Positions 9,394 to 20,734 of a stretch of DNA of 64,000 nucleotides are shown here, piece by piece. A program made the translations under genes and the position numbers. Where the stretch lies: the NCBI GenBank assembly GCA_947494155.1, contig CANLTW010000002.1, positions 64,001-128,000 of the forward strand. The letters run 5' to 3'. The DNA is from Chlamydiota bacterium (GTDB lineage: Bacteria > Chlamydiota > Chlamydiia > Chlamydiales > RGXB01). Every line of letters starts with the position of its first letter. Within the stretch, counting starts at the first letter, position 1. The notes below the pieces were generated by a model, which saw only the letters and a program-made list of their open reading frames with translations, did not search any database and was not told where the DNA came from.

Positions 9394-12300
9394 GTTTGCT
9401 ATCTAGCAAAATCTCCAGGGCTTTTGCAAGCTGAAGATCTTTTTTCTCAAAAGATTCTCTTGGAGATATATCTAAATAGATGTCGATGGGGCCAGCCCCC
9501 TCTTCTTCAACAACAGGGGATGTTGTCCCTTTAAAATACGATGCGTGAGCCGGAAGAGTCACAAGTAAAGAACTGCCGGGTAAAACTGAGAGTGAGGAGC
9601 AGATACCCACACCCCCTCCCCAGGTTTTAGTTCCGATAACAGTCGCTTTGTACACCCTTTTCAATTTTGTAATCAAAAGCTCCCCATCCGACGAGGTTTG
9701 CTGGTTGCAAAGAACTACAAGTTTTGGAGGTTTTGCACTGATCTCAAAGCAGCTCTCTATTCCGTGCATTTCGTGATAGAAATCGGTAGTAACCAGCAGT
9801 TCTTGTATTACATCATCGCTTGTATTTCCCCCATAATTGTATCTCAAATCGATGATAATCCCCTCTTTATCGAGCATTGCATTATACAACTGGGTAAATA
9901 ATCCATACGTTGAAGGGGACATCTCACTTAGATAGATATACCCAACTTTTCCTTTAGAACATGTGTCCACTTGCATCCGGTTAGCGTAGGCCCAATCGTA
10001 AAGACGGAGTCTCAAAAGCGTCTCTATTGCCAATGGCTTAGCAGCGGCCATGATCGGTTCACCGTTAGGATCTTTGAGTCCGAATTGGACAGTTCCCCCG
10101 TAAAAACCACAAAGCTGAGCCTCAAATCCACAGCTACCTACTAACTGTTCTCCATTTATGGTGGTGATCCATGACCCCTTTTTAAAATCCTTGTAAGGAT
10201 CTAAGACGTGGTGTGTATCTATGAGGGGATCTATCTCTAAAGCACGCAAAATTTTGAACCCCTGCTTTTTAGCATCATACTCCAGCTCTAGAGGCAATGA
10301 AGCGCTTTTTAGGGCATGGTTCACAGGGGTCGCTAGGTCCACAATGAAGATGTGCAAAGTATTCAGTTCTGCAAGCATCATCGATAAAACTAAAATCAGA
10401 TCTTTTTTGTTGTACACCCGATCCATTAGTGGAAGGTATTTATTTTTAATGTTTGTCCAGAAGGTTTCTTCCAAATTTTGATTATAAAAATAGGATTTAT
10501 AGGTTCTATGTACATTATGAAAAAGGTTTTCAAACTCTTTTTTCGCATCAAAAAAGATCGTTTGCGCCGGTATTTTTATCTTCTCATCCACACCCCCCTC
10601 AAAGGAATTGGTGAAATCGGCCCAGCTAAACTCCCCTTGTTCCACAACAACCCCTTTATTTGAGGTCATTGAAAAATAGGCTTCACTGAAATCGTAGCTG
10701 CTCTCTTCAACCCCTTTTCCCTCGAACGGGAAAAAGCTTATCTGGTCACCAAAGAGAATGAGCCCTTTTTCCAAACCTACCATTTTATACGTGTAAAGAA
10801 ACGGAAGTTTATTAAAAGTTTTTTTCGAAAATAAGGTGGGGTTGATCTCTAAAGACTCTTTGATTTCTTCAAACTTGAAAGGATTTACGCTATTAAAGCT
10901 CACTCCCATGAGATAAGAGACCGATACAGTTTTCAAAGGCGATTTTTCCGGATTATTTAGAAAGACGGGTATCCGCTTGTTGCGCGAAAGAAAGTAGAGC
11001 CCCGCCTGTTTAGGATGCCAAACAGGGTTATAACCATCCACCTCAGAGGCTGTAACCGGATAGGAGGCCCCTTTTTTGAGATCAGCCACCATCAGTTGCC
11101 AAAAAAGGTTCTTTTTTTGCACCGAGTACGCAAGCCATTTTCCGTCTGGCGAAAAAGCCACACCCTCTTTTCCTAAGTCAAGAGGGAGTTTTCTATCGAT
11201 GAGAGTCTCTTTTTTTGTCTGAACGTCGTAAACAAATAGCTCCTGCTTAGGTGAGATTGTTGCCACCTTTGTCCCCTGATTATTTACAACCAGTTTGGTG
11301 CGCGTGCGATCTCCTAAAAACCGGGTTTCTTCCCCCCCTGTAAAATCTCTGATTTCCAAACTCACCCCTTTCTCATTTGAGGAGAGGGCAAAAATTTTCT
11401 TTTCTGTGAAGGCTAGATCATAAATATAATCCCCTTTTTTCGATCTAATCCTGGTGAATCCTTCAGAGGCTCTGTTGAAGCAAAGTACATCCCCTCGGAT
11501 CAAAAAGGCGATCAACTCATTTGTTGGATGGACGGCACACTTTTCTTGGATATAGTATCCTGAAGGGTTATGGCAAAGAAGCAGGTCTTTTATCTCTTTT
11601 TTCAAAAAGACTCTCGATTTTTTTTCCCTATTTTGTCCCACAAGCTCTATTTTTAATTTCGAGACTGCTTTGGAGTTGGTGTCAAAAATTTTCAAATCCC
11701 CGGCTATGCTTAAAATGATGGTCTTGCCATCAGTCGATGCAGATAGGACGGGAAATAGGTCATCTTCATAAACTTTTTTGATTTCACCCTCCTCCCACAC
11801 ATATAAGCTGGCTTTGGAGGTCACATCGGATAGAAAGTAGAGCCTGTTTTCAATGACCATGGGATTAAAGCAGTTTGCCTCGGAAAAAAGGGGGATTTTT
11901 TTCTCCTGAAAATCTCTGGAGGCAAAGCGCCCTTTATAGATTTGGCGCAATTGCCCACCTCTATACGAGCTGATGACCGATTGGGGGGAAAATCTCACAA
12001 AAAAAAGATCCCCGTTTGGGGTGATGCAAGGTTCGGCGGACTGCTCGACACCCAGTGTGCTCTCTTTGCTATTAGGATTGTCCAGATGGACTAGTGCTAA
12101 CGTTTTCTCTCTTGAAATATGATTAGAATAGGTCTGGTACGCTATTTTTCGATCGCCTAACCAGCTACAGGGACTCGACTCAATCCCCGTATACGTGTGC
12201 CTCTCAAGATTATCCCCGTTAAGAGCTACAGAAAACAGATCCCAGTTAGGTAGGAAATCGACTTTTCCTACAAACGCAATCCTCTCCCCATTTTTAGAAA

Positions 12301-12517
12301 ATTTAGGATAGCTTATCGACCCGTTATCCTTCAAAAGGGGTGTTGCCCGTACATGATTTTGCTCTATTCTCCCATACCAAAGGTTTCCCCCCTGGATAAA
12401 AACGATCTCATCTCCCCGAATATCTGGCTGGATACAGATGCTCTCTTTGGCTATTATCGTACCTACCCATAAGAAGAGTAAAAGGGGAAATTTTAGTCGT
12501 CTTAATCCAAAAATCAT
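9377..12517 (-). CDS. Tricorn-like S41 protease (beta-propellers, PDZ, S41 core) with signal peptide
   Basis: PD40-like repeats (YPKFSKNGERIAF, FSPDGKWLAYS), ELNTLH, KVGYIYL, IIDLRYNYGGN, catalytic SSDGE, GTKTWGG; RBS AAGGA. Confidence 0.9.
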   Translation of the reverse strand: MIFGLRRLKFPLLLFLWVGTIIAKESICIQPDIRGDEIVFIQGGNLWYGRIEQNHVRATPLLKDNGSISYPKFSKNGERIAFVGKVDFLPNWDLFSVALNGDNLERHTYTGIESSPCSWLGDRKIAYQTYSNHISREKTLALVHLDNPNSKESTLGVEQSAEPCITPNGDLFFVRFSPQSVISSYRGGQLRQIYKGRFASRDFQEKKIPLFSEANCFNPMVIENRLYFLSDVTSKASLYVWEEGEIKKVYEDDLFPVLSASTDGKTIILSIAGDLKIFDTNSKAVSKLKIELVGQNREKKSRVFLKKEIKDLLLCHNPSGYYIQEKCAVHPTNELIAFLIRGDVLCFNRASEGFTRIRSKKGDYIYDLAFTEKKIFALSSNEKGVSLEIRDFTGGEETRFLGDRTRTKLVVNNQGTKVATISPKQELFVYDVQTKKETLIDRKLPLDLGKEGVAFSPDGKWLAYSVQKKNLFWQLMVADLKKGASYPVTASEVDGYNPVWHPKQAGLYFLSRNKRIPVFLNNPEKSPLKTVSVSYLMGVSFNSVNPFKFEEIKESLEINPTLFSKKTFNKLPFLYTYKMVGLEKGLILFGDQISFFPFEGKGVEESSYDFSEAYFSMTSNKGVVVEQGEFSWADFTNSFEGGVDEKIKIPAQTIFFDAKKEFENLFHNVHRTYKSYFYNQNLEETFWTNIKNKYLPLMDRVYNKKDLILVLSMMLAELNTLHIFIVDLATPVNHALKSASLPLELEYDAKKQGFKILRALEIDPLIDTHHVLDPYKDFKKGSWITTINGEQLVGSCGFEAQLCGFYGGTVQFGLKDPNGEPIMAAAKPLAIETLLRLRLYDWAYANRMQVDTCSKGKVGYIYLSEMSPSTYGLFTQLYNAMLDKEGIIIDLRYNYGGNTSDDVIQELLVTTDFYHEMHGIESCFEISAKPPKLVVLCNQQTSSDGELLITKLKRVYKATVIGTKTWGGGVGICSSLSVLPGSSLLVTLPAHASYFKGTTSPVVEEEGAGPIDIYLDISPRESFEKKDLQLAKALEILLDSKHELCS

Positions 12518-12553
12518 AAAATCCTTCTTAAAAGTGGTTGTCGTTAAGATTAA

Positions 12554-13330
12554 TCAATCCTCTAATAGTACAAGATTTTGCTTTGTTGCTCCTTGCAAAA
12601 CCCCCCACATTACATATATCCATGTAGCAAGGAAAAAAAACCAATCGAAATGGTACATGAAACCAAAAAGAAGCGTCAACATGATTAAAGAGATCGCAAA
12701 TACACTAGAAAAGGTTAATTGTTCTTTTTGGATCCATTTTAAAGAGACAAATCTTTTCACGCTGATCATCGCGTACGCTAACAAAATCATAAAAAACGGG
12801 GCAAAATAGGACAATATATGGGAACCGAAAAGCTCTACAACAGAAGGGTTGCAAAAAAACAGCTGCATCGATAGGGCGGCCATCGCGGCTGCAGGTATAG
12901 GCAAGCCGGTATAGATCTTGTGATTTTGTGTTTTTTTTTCCCCTAAAGTCAGAACATTAAACCGTACAAGCCTTAGAACACCACACAACGAAAAAAGCAT
13001 AGCCCCCCAAAAAGTGAAAAAATAGGGGAGGGTTTTTGGGACAACTTGTGCAGTTTTCATCAGTAAAACGGCAGGGGCTAAACCGAATGTAATCGCATCA
13101 GATAAAGAATCAAAATTCATCCCAAAGAGGCTCTCCCCTTTTAACCGACGCGCAACAAAGCCATCCAAAACATCAATACAGGCAGCGGTCAAAATCAAAA
13201 GTGAAGATCTGAAAAGTAAAATTTTTGGCTCTAAAGTAGCATCATAAAGGGTCGCTTTAAAGATAACGAACAATCCGATCGATAGTCCAAGGGCTGTGAT
13301 GACGTTGGGAACAACATATGGTTTTTTCAT
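12554..13330 (-). CDS. pssA: CDP-diacylglycerol--serine O-phosphatidyltransferase
   Basis: CDP-alcohol phosphotransferase motif DVLDGFVAR...FGMNFDSLSDAITFG, PNVIT, LRLVRFN, GLPIPAAA; divergent from nrdA. Confidence 0.9.
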   Translation of the reverse strand: MKKPYVVPNVITALGLSIGLFVIFKATLYDATLEPKILLFRSSLLILTAACIDVLDGFVARRLKGESLFGMNFDSLSDAITFGLAPAVLLMKTAQVVPKTLPYFFTFWGAMLFSLCGVLRLVRFNVLTLGEKKTQNHKIYTGLPIPAAAMAALSMQLFFCNPSVVELFGSHILSYFAPFFMILLAYAMISVKRFVSLKWIQKEQLTFSSVFAISLIMLTLLFGFMYHFDWFFFLATWIYVMWGVLQGATKQNLVLLED

Positions 13331-13506
13331 GTGATTTAAACCCCGATTTTTGCTACAATCATGCACGAAGCCCACCTTATATTTGAACGATATTCTTTAA
13401 CCTCAAACATCCCCTAGTTTAAAAAAAATTTCCCCTCGAAAGAAATTTTTTCCTCAGAGGAGAAGAAAAGCTTTTGTTTTTTTTAAACTAGACAAATTGT
13501 GTCGAT

Positions 13507-13555
13507 TTACAATATATAGTGTGTCATAAGCGTAAATGAATACAACATGTAGTGT
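13507..13555 (+). promoter_or_regulatory. Tandem NrdR boxes upstream of nrdA
   Basis: TTACAATATATAGTGT (13507-13522) and ATACAACATGTAGTGT (13540-13555) match the consensus acaCwAtATaTwGtgt; starts are 33 bp apart, directly before nrdA. Confidence 0.85.
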
Positions 13556-13566
13556 TGCGAGGAATC

Positions 13567-16500
13567 ATGAGTGAAGAGAAGACAACCACCAGTTCAGCCT
13601 TGATTAATCAATCCTGGGTGAAAAATAACAACGGCGTCAGTTTAACTGTTGTCAAGCGTAACGGCCATGTTGTTCCGTTCAATGCCCAGCGCATACATCG
13701 TGCGATCGAGTCTGCATTTAAGGACGTAAAGAAGACCCCCGACGTGACTAGTTTCTACCAAGAGATCGGTTCTTTGACCGAGGTGGTCGTCTCCTCGTGC
13801 ATACAGGATAGCAACCAGGGAAAAACACTCACCGTCGAAGGGATTCAAGACCTCGTAGAGATCATCTTGATGAAAAAAGGGTATCACGATGTCGCCAGAG
13901 GCTACATCACTTACCGCAACGAGCATAAAGCCATTCGGGAGCAAGGGATTGATAGCGTCCGAATTTTTAGACGAGATGGCTCTACTTTAGTTCGCCTCAA
14001 TCCGGTAAAAATCGCCTCATCGATTGAATTCGCCTTGCGTACTGGGCACCAAAACGAGAGTATCGCTATCCCTGAAAATCTTTTTGAAATGGTCAACCCC
14101 CTTACATCGCTTATTTTGGAAAAAGTGCTCCAAAAGTGGCAAAACCAGGAGCTCTTATCAGTGCACGTGATTCAAGATCTCGTTGAAGAGGCCCTAATGG
14201 ACAAGCGCCATTTCAGCGCGGCAAAAGCCTATATCCTCAAGCAAGCAAACGAGGGAAAAGTCCATCCAAAAACTGAAACACGATCGGCCAAAGCCCATAC
14301 TTTCCAAGTAAAAACTAAAAGCGGAGAGCCACGCTCCATCAGCGAAGACGAAATCCGTAACAAAATCGCTTTTGCTTGCAAAGGCTTTGAATCGATTATC
14401 CAGGTTGAAGAGCTTACGCAATCGACGATCCAAAACTTCTACGAGGGGATCCTTGAAGACGAGGTGGATCAAGCCATGGTGTTGGCAGCCAGAGCTATGG
14501 TCGAAAAAGACCCTTGTTATGCAGAAATTTCGGCCAGATTGCTCCTAGATATTGTCTACCGTGAAGCGCTTGGCATTTCGATGATGGATCCGTCATTAAA
14601 CCGTAGGCATAAAGAGTATTTCCCCAACTATATCCGCCGCGGTATTTCACTCGGCCGACTTTCCCATGAGCTACTCGATTTCGATTTGACAAAACTCCAA
14701 GACTCGCTCGAAATTTCAAGGGATTTCAGTTTTAAATATCTTGGGCTGCAGACTCTTTACGATCGCTACTTCATCCATCACGAAAGAAAGAGAATGGAGA
14801 CACCCCAAATTTTCTGGATGCGCGTTGCGATGGGGTTGGCTATTAAAGAGGCTAATCGCACCGAGAGGGCTATCGAATTTTACCATACCCTTTCCCAATT
14901 CCACTTTGTATCGAGCACGCCTACCCTCTTCAACGCAGGTACGCAGCATTCGCAGCTGAGTTCGTGTTATCTCTCGACTGTAATGGATGATCTGGAAAAC
15001 ATTTTCAAAATCATTTCGGATGATGCACGCCTATCCAAGTGGGCGGGTGGCCTCGGAAATGACTGGACAAATGTCCGTGCTACCGGTTCACGCATTAAAG
15101 GGACAAACGGAGAGAGTCAAGGGGTGATCCCCTTTTTAAAAGTCGCAAACGATGTAGCCGTTGCAGTAAATCAAGGGGGTAAGCGCAAAGGAGCGATGTG
15201 TGCCTACCTTGAAGTGTGGCATCTTGACATCGAAGATTTTATTGAACTTAGAAAAAATACCGGAGATGAAAGAAGGCGTACGCATGACATGAATACAGCT
15301 AACTGGATTCCCGATCTTTTTATGAAAAGAGTGCACGAAAATAAGCCTTGGACCCTCTTTTCCCCTTGCGACACCCCCGATCTTCATGATCTCTACGGTA
15401 AAGAATTCGAAGAGCGTTATGAGCACTATGAAAAGCTTGCAGAAGCTGGAAAAATTGGCCTATCGAAAAAAATAGAGGCGACCGCTTTATGGAGAAAAAT
15501 GCTGGGGATGCTTTTTGAAACAGGTCACCCTTGGGTGACTTTCAAAGACCCCTCAAACATCCGTTCTCCCCAAGACCATGAGGGGGTTGTCCACAGCTCT
15601 AATCTTTGTACCGAGATTCTGTTGAACACCTCGATCAAAGAGACCGCTGTTTGCAACCTTGGGTCGATCAACCTCGAAAAACATATAAGCCAAGGCAAGC
15701 TCGACACAAAGTTGCTCGAAAAAACGGTTACAACAGCTGTACGAATGCTCGACAACGTGATCGATATCAATTTCTATCCGATTCCGGATGCAGAGTACGC
15801 AAACTTGCGTCACCGCCCGATCGGGTTAGGATTGATGGGATTCCAGGATGCGCTTTACATGATGGACATCAGTTATGCCAGCCATGAAGCGATCGAATTT
15901 GCAGATTCCAGTATGGAGCACATCTCCTATTTTGCGATCCTGGCATCCAGCCAGCTTGCTAAGGAGCGTGGCGCTTACCAAACATACAAAGGCTCCAAAT
16001 GGGATCGTGGTCTTTTGCCGATCGACACGATCCAGCTTTTAAAAGATGAGAGAGGCGGGTTTTTAGAACAAGACACCACAACACGCCTCAATTGGGACGT
16101 TGTACGCGCCTCTATTAAGGAAAACGGGATGCGCAATTCCAATACGATGGCGATTGCTCCGACCGCTACTATCGCTAATATCACAGGGATAGTGCAGTCC
16201 ATAGAGCCCTCTTTTAAAAACATCTATGTGAAATCCAACCTATCAGGGGAATTTACGGTACCTAACGTGCATCTTGTCAACAAACTCAAAGAGCTCCAAC
16301 TTTGGGATGCTGAGATGATCGATGACCTTAAATATTACGACGGTTCCATTCTAGAGATTGAAAGGATTCCTGAAGAGGTGAAGAAAGTCTACTTGACCGC
16401 ATTTGAAATCGACCCTACCTGGATTATCGAATGTGCATCAAGACGTCAAAAATGGATCGATATGGGGCAATCCTTGAACCTCTATATCGATCAACCAAGC

Positions 16501-16740
16501 GGTAAAAAGATTCATGACATGTATCTGCTCGCTTGGACGAAAGGGTTGAAAACTACTTATTATTTACGTAGTAGAGCCGCAACCCAAATTGAGAAATCCA
16601 CCACCGATATCAACAAGCGTGGATTGCAGCCGAAGTGGATGAAGAGTGTCTCTGCCTCGGCCAATATTAAAGTAGACCGTAGTCCGGAAAGCAAGCCTAA
16701 GGTGTGCTCTTTGGACGAGGGTTGCGAAAGCTGTCAATAA
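13567..16740 (+). CDS. nrdA: Ribonucleoside-diphosphate reductase alpha subunit with multiple N-terminal ATP cones
   Basis: ATP cones (VVKRNG, IFRRDG, VKTKSG), [37 protein letters not shown]-terminal CESCQ. Confidence 0.97.
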   Translation: MSEEKTTTSSALINQSWVKNNNGVSLTVVKRNGHVVPFNAQRIHRAIESAFKDVKKTPDVTSFYQEIGSLTEVVVSSCIQDSNQGKTLTVEGIQDLVEIILMKKGYHDVARGYITYRNEHKAIREQGIDSVRIFRRDGSTLVRLNPVKIASSIEFALRTGHQNESIAIPENLFEMVNPLTSLILEKVLQKWQNQELLSVHVIQDLVEEALMDKRHFSAAKAYILKQANEGKVHPKTETRSAKAHTFQVKTKSGEPRSISEDEIRNKIAFACKGFESIIQVEELTQSTIQNFYEGILEDEVDQAMVLAARAMVEKDPCYAEISARLLLDIVYREALGISMMDPSLNRRHKEYFPNYIRRGISLGRLSHELLDFDLTKLQDSLEISRDFSFKYLGLQTLYDRYFIHHERKRMETPQIFWMRVAMGLAIKEANRTERAIEFYHTLSQFHFVSSTPTLFNAGTQHSQLSSCYLSTVMDDLENIFKIISDDARLSKWAGGLGNDWTNVRATGSRIKGTNGESQGVIPFLKVANDVAVAVNQGGKRKGAMCAYLEVWHLDIEDFIELRKNTGDERRRTHDMNTANWIPDLFMKRVHENKPWTLFSPCDTPDLHDLYGKEFEERYEHYEKLAEAGKIGLSKKIEATALWRKMLGMLFETGHPWVTFKDPSNIRSPQDHEGVVHSSNLCTEILLNTSIKETAVCNLGSINLEKHISQGKLDTKLLEKTVTTAVRMLDNVIDINFYPIPDAEYANLRHRPIGLGLMGFQDALYMMDISYASHEAIEFADSSMEHISYFAILASSQLAKERGAYQTYKGSKWDRGLLPIDTIQLLKDERGGFLEQDTTTRLNWDVVRASIKENGMRNSNTMAIAPTATIANITGIVQSIEPSFKNIYVKSNLSGEFTVPNVHLVNKLKELQLWDAEMIDDLKYYDGSILEIERIPEEVKKVYLTAFEIDPTWIIECASRRQKWIDMGQSLNLYIDQPSGKKIHDMYLLAWTKGLKTTYYLRSRAATQIEKSTTDINKRGLQPKWMKSVSASANIKVDRSPESKPKVCSLDEGCESCQ

Positions 16741-16801
16741 AAATACAAGTAGTGTTTTAAGCCACGAGACCGTGGTCGAAAAAAATTTAAGGGGAATTAG
16801 A

Positions 16802-17827
16802 ATGAAAAATACAGAACGATTGAAAGCTGATCAAAAAAAGCTGATCAATAACAGTAAAGTAGATGTCAACCAACTTATGCCCCTAAAATACCACTGGGCA
16901 TGGGAACATTACCTCAATGGATGCGCAAACCATTGGATGCCAACCGAGGTATCCATGCAGTCGGATATCGAACTTTGGAAATCTAATCGTCTGACTGAAG
17001 GGGAGCGCCTCCTTGTGATGAGAAACTTGGGTTTTTTTTCGACAGCAGAGAGCTTGGTAGGGAACAATATAGTCCTTGCTATTTTCCGCCATCTTACCAA
17101 TCCCGAGGCGCGTCAGTATCTTTTACGCCAAGGTTTTGAAGAAGCGATCCACACCCATACATTCCATTACATAGTTGAATCTCTAGCTCTCGATCCGGGT
17201 GAAATTTTTAATATGTATCAGGAAATCGACTCGATCCATGATAAAGATGCTTTTGAGATGAAAATCACCGAAGCGGTTCTTAAAAGCGATTTTACCACCG
17301 AAACCACAGAAGGGGCTCAAAAATTTCTGGAAAACCTGATTGGGTACTATGTGATCATGGAGGGGATCTTTTTTTACAGCGGTTTTGCCATGATCCTCTC
17401 ATTGCACCGTCAAAACAAAATGGTCGGTATCGGCGAACAATTCAAATACATCCTGCGTGACGAAACAATTCACCTCAATTTCGGTATCGATCTTATCAAT
17501 ACGATTAAAGAGGAAAATCCGCATCTTTGGACAAACGCGTTTCAACAACACATCTATAATTTGATAGATGAGGCTGTAGAACTTGAAATCCGTTACGCCA
17601 AAGACTGTTTGCCTCATGGGGTACTCGGTTTGACAACCGGTATGTTCAAAGAATACGTCGGTTATATTGCTGACAGACGCCTTGAGCGCATCGGCCTCGA
17701 GGCACGCTACCACACGAAAAATCCCTTCCCCTGGTTAAGCGAAACTATCGACCTGGAGAAGGAGGGGAACTTCTTCGAAAGAAGAGTTACCGATTACCAA
17801 TCGGCCTCTAACCTCTCTTGGACTTAA
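16802..17827 (+). CDS. nrdB: Ribonucleotide reductase beta subunit, class Ic (Mn/Fe R2c)
   Basis: FFSTAESLV (Glu ligand), EEAIHTHTF (Phe at the radical-Tyr position), [26 protein letters not shown]. Confidence 0.95.
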   Translation: MKNTERLKADQKKLINNSKVDVNQLMPLKYHWAWEHYLNGCANHWMPTEVSMQSDIELWKSNRLTEGERLLVMRNLGFFSTAESLVGNNIVLAIFRHLTNPEARQYLLRQGFEEAIHTHTFHYIVESLALDPGEIFNMYQEIDSIHDKDAFEMKITEAVLKSDFTTETTEGAQKFLENLIGYYVIMEGIFFYSGFAMILSLHRQNKMVGIGEQFKYILRDETIHLNFGIDLINTIKEENPHLWTNAFQQHIYNLIDEAVELEIRYAKDCLPHGVLGLTTGMFKEYVGYIADRRLERIGLEARYHTKNPFPWLSETIDLEKEGNFFERRVTDYQSASNLSWT

Positions 17828-17834
17828 GATAAAC

Positions 17835-17863
17835 ACAACCCCCCTAAAAAAAAGGGGGGTTGT
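17835..17863 (+). terminator. Intrinsic terminator-like hairpin after nrdB
   Basis: ACAACCCCCC / GGGGGGTTGT 10-bp stem starting 8 nt after the nrdB stop; weak U-tract. Confidence 0.65.
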
Positions 17864-17944
17864 CGTTTAAAAAGAAAGTGGAAAGGATGGAACGAAAAAA
17901 GCTATAATCTTAAATTCAAATCTTAATACGTATAGGAATAGGGT

Positions 17945-20734
17945 ATGCAAGTCCACAATTTCAAATTTGAAGAGAGCCATTACATCGATGAGATCTGCTC
18001 AACCTTTTTGAAATACGTTCATCCAAGCGGTCTTCAAGTCATCAAAATCAATAACCTTGACCCTCAAAATGTCGCTAGCATCCATTTTCGAACGATTCCG
18101 GAAAACTCCAATGGTTGCCCCCACATTTTAGAGCATGTGGTTTTATGCGGATCAAAAAAATACGATGTCAAAGACCCTTTTTTCTCCATGTTAAGGCGCT
18201 CGATAGCCGGTTTTGCAAACGCTTTCACGGGCTCTGATTTTACCGCTTACCCTTTTGCCGCACATGTGAAAGAGGACTTTTTTAATCTATTTGAGGTCTA
18301 TTTAGACGCTGTTTTTCACCCTCTTATCGACAAGGCCAGTTTTCTACAGGAGGGATCCCGTTACACTGAAGAGGGGTACAAAGGGATAGTTTTCAACGAA
18401 ATGAAGCAGGCGCATAGCTCTTTGCATGATCGATTTCACCATGAAACTCTGTGTCAGCTTTTCCCTGATACCTCCTATAGATTTGATAGCGGCGGAACCC
18501 CGAAAGAGATTGTCACTTTAACTTATGAAGAGCTTGTCGCATTCCATAAGGAGAACTACCACCCCTCGAATGCACTCATTTTTTTATATGGAAATTTAGA
18601 TATTGATGCACAGCTGACTGCAATAGAAAAATCGATCAAGGATATTCCGGACAAACCAAAACACACGAAACACAGAGTTCTTCAGCCCCGATTTACACAA
18701 AAAAAAGAGCACCACACCTTTTATCCTGCAACGGAAGAGGACAAAACAAAACATCTCACTATCGGGTTTGTTTTGGGGGATCAAAGAGATCAGGATCATC
18801 TTCTCGACGCCCTTTTTTTTAAAAGCTATCTTGCCGGACATGATGGATCTCCTCTTCAAAGGGCAATCATGGGGGAAAACCTTGCAAGCTCAGTAGATGT
18901 TATGCTGGACCTAGAGGTATTAGAGCCCTACATCTATTTTATTTTTAAAGATGTTCTCGATGGCCAAAAACTGATCGCAACATTTGATAAAACTCTAGAA
19001 AAAATAAGCTTAGAGGGATTCGATGAGGGGGCAAAAAATGCCAGCCTGCACCAACTGAAAATCGCTTTTTTAAATACTGTTGAAGAGGGCTACCCTACCG
19101 GGATTGTACTTTTTTTTAAAGGGGTGCTCCCCTATTTTAATGGAGCAGATCCTTTAGAACTTTTTTGTTTTAAAAAGCGGTTGGAAAAACTCGAAAAAAG
19201 GGTTGCCGATCCCCTCTATTTGAAAAAAGCAATACAACAGATCTTCCTGAATAATTCCCATCGGACCGAGGTGCACTTTACCAACAAACCCCATCTTTTA
19301 GAGGAAGAGCTCCCCAAACCTTTAGCGCTTGATGCTGAGACAAAAAAAAGGATTGCCCAAGAGAATCATTTAATTGAGTCCAAGCAGTCAAAACCTCAAA
19401 ATTCCTCCTGTCTTCCCATTTTACACATAGAACAGCTCCCTCCGCGACCACCCACCTACCCTTTGGAAAAGAAGGGGGGCGAGATCCCGATTTTTGTGCA
19501 CAATAGCTGGACTAACGGGCTTAGCTATTTTCATTTGATGATCGATCTTCCCGATCTTGATGAAAACGGCTCCCATTATCTAGGACTTTTGGTGCACCTT
19601 CTAGGAGCTATTGGGACCAAAAAAAGGAATTTTAACCTGGTTATCGAAAAAAAAGAGTCTATTCTTTCTCAGTTTTTATTGCGGATCGATGCAACCGAAA
19701 AAAATTTAATTTTGTATCTTGAGGCAGAGAGTCTTTCGGAAAATTTAAAAGAGGGTTTTCGCCTTGTCCAAGAAATTCTTGAAGAGACGGTATTTAGTGA
19801 AAAAGAGCGTTTGCAAGAGATCATGAAAGATCTTTTTAATAGACTCAAAGCGCGCTTCACTCAGCGATCGTACGGTCGTTGTATTTTACATGGAAAGTCT
19901 CACCTAAGAACGGCGTTTAAAGCAGTAGAAAACGCCAATGGCTTTTCTTTCTATAATTGGTTGAAAAAAGAGATCACAAAGCCTATAGATGCTACCATCA
20001 AAGGGTTGGAAACACTCTATCAGCGCCTGCTTAAAGGGGATGAATTATTGGAAATGTCTCTTTGTACAGACTTGAAAGAGATCCCCCCATTTTCTCTTCA
20101 CGCACCAAAAACTCAAACTACTTTTAAAAATCATGTCGTTGAGACTAAAAACCAATCCAAATTTTTCGGGTATTGCGTTCCTATTCAGGCCAGTGAAAAT
20201 GCTTTCGTCTTCAATGGTTTTAGATTTGAAGATTCTGAAACGCCTATCGCAAGGGTTGTGGTTCAGCTTATCAAACATCTACAGCTGCATCCTATCCTTA
20301 GAGAAAAACATGGGGCCTATGGAGCCTCGATTTCAATGGATCCTGAGCAAGGATTATTTACGATGTTTACAACCTGTGATCCAAATATTGAATTAACCTA
20401 CCAAATCTTTCAAGAGGTATTCAATCCGATTATTGCGGGGGAATTTAGCGAAGAAGATCTCTATGAAGCTAAACTTGCTGCTCTGCAGGTGACCGAGGAG
20501 ATCTCTTTACTGAATATGCGAGCGCATGATCAATACTGGCGTAACCGATTAGGTCGAACTGAAACCAAAAGACTGGATGATCGGAATCGGTTGATCAAAG
20601 CGGATCGTTCTGCTATAAGGGAATGTACAGCAAAAATACTAGGCAATCTAACGGGTGGTATTTCGGTGACTCTATCGGCAAAAAAGGCTTTTGAGAACCT
20701 GAAGCATCATCCATCAACACTTGTGGAGCTTTAA
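17945..20734 (+). CDS. Insulinase-family (M16C, presequence protease-like) zinc metallopeptidase
   Basis: Inverted zinc motif HILEH, KDPFFSM, NAFTGSDFTAYP, GIVFNEMK, LREKHGAYG. Confidence 0.93.
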   Translation: MQVHNFKFEESHYIDEICSTFLKYVHPSGLQVIKINNLDPQNVASIHFRTIPENSNGCPHILEHVVLCGSKKYDVKDPFFSMLRRSIAGFANAFTGSDFTAYPFAAHVKEDFFNLFEVYLDAVFHPLIDKASFLQEGSRYTEEGYKGIVFNEMKQAHSSLHDRFHHETLCQLFPDTSYRFDSGGTPKEIVTLTYEELVAFHKENYHPSNALIFLYGNLDIDAQLTAIEKSIKDIPDKPKHTKHRVLQPRFTQKKEHHTFYPATEEDKTKHLTIGFVLGDQRDQDHLLDALFFKSYLAGHDGSPLQRAIMGENLASSVDVMLDLEVLEPYIYFIFKDVLDGQKLIATFDKTLEKISLEGFDEGAKNASLHQLKIAFLNTVEEGYPTGIVLFFKGVLPYFNGADPLELFCFKKRLEKLEKRVADPLYLKKAIQQIFLNNSHRTEVHFTNKPHLLEEELPKPLALDAETKKRIAQENHLIESKQSKPQNSSCLPILHIEQLPPRPPTYPLEKKGGEIPIFVHNSWTNGLSYFHLMIDLPDLDENGSHYLGLLVHLLGAIGTKKRNFNLVIEKKESILSQFLLRIDATEKNLILYLEAESLSENLKEGFRLVQEILEETVFSEKERLQEIMKDLFNRLKARFTQRSYGRCILHGKSHLRTAFKAVENANGFSFYNWLKKEITKPIDATIKGLETLYQRLLKGDELLEMSLCTDLKEIPPFSLHAPKTQTTFKNHVVETKNQSKFFGYCVPIQASENAFVFNGFRFEDSETPIARVVVQLIKHLQLHPILREKHGAYGASISMDPEQGLFTMFTTCDPNIELTYQIFQEVFNPIIAGEFSEEDLYEAKLAALQVTEEISLLNMRAHDQYWRNRLGRTETKRLDDRNRLIKADRSAIRECTAKILGNLTGGISVTLSAKKAFENLKHHPSTLVEL

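Noticed and set aside
12438..12809. 123-aa plus-strand ORF and other short antisense ORFs in the track (e.g. 34348..34866, 39811..41214)
   Set aside because: They overlap well-supported genes on the opposite strand or in another frame and have no motifs.
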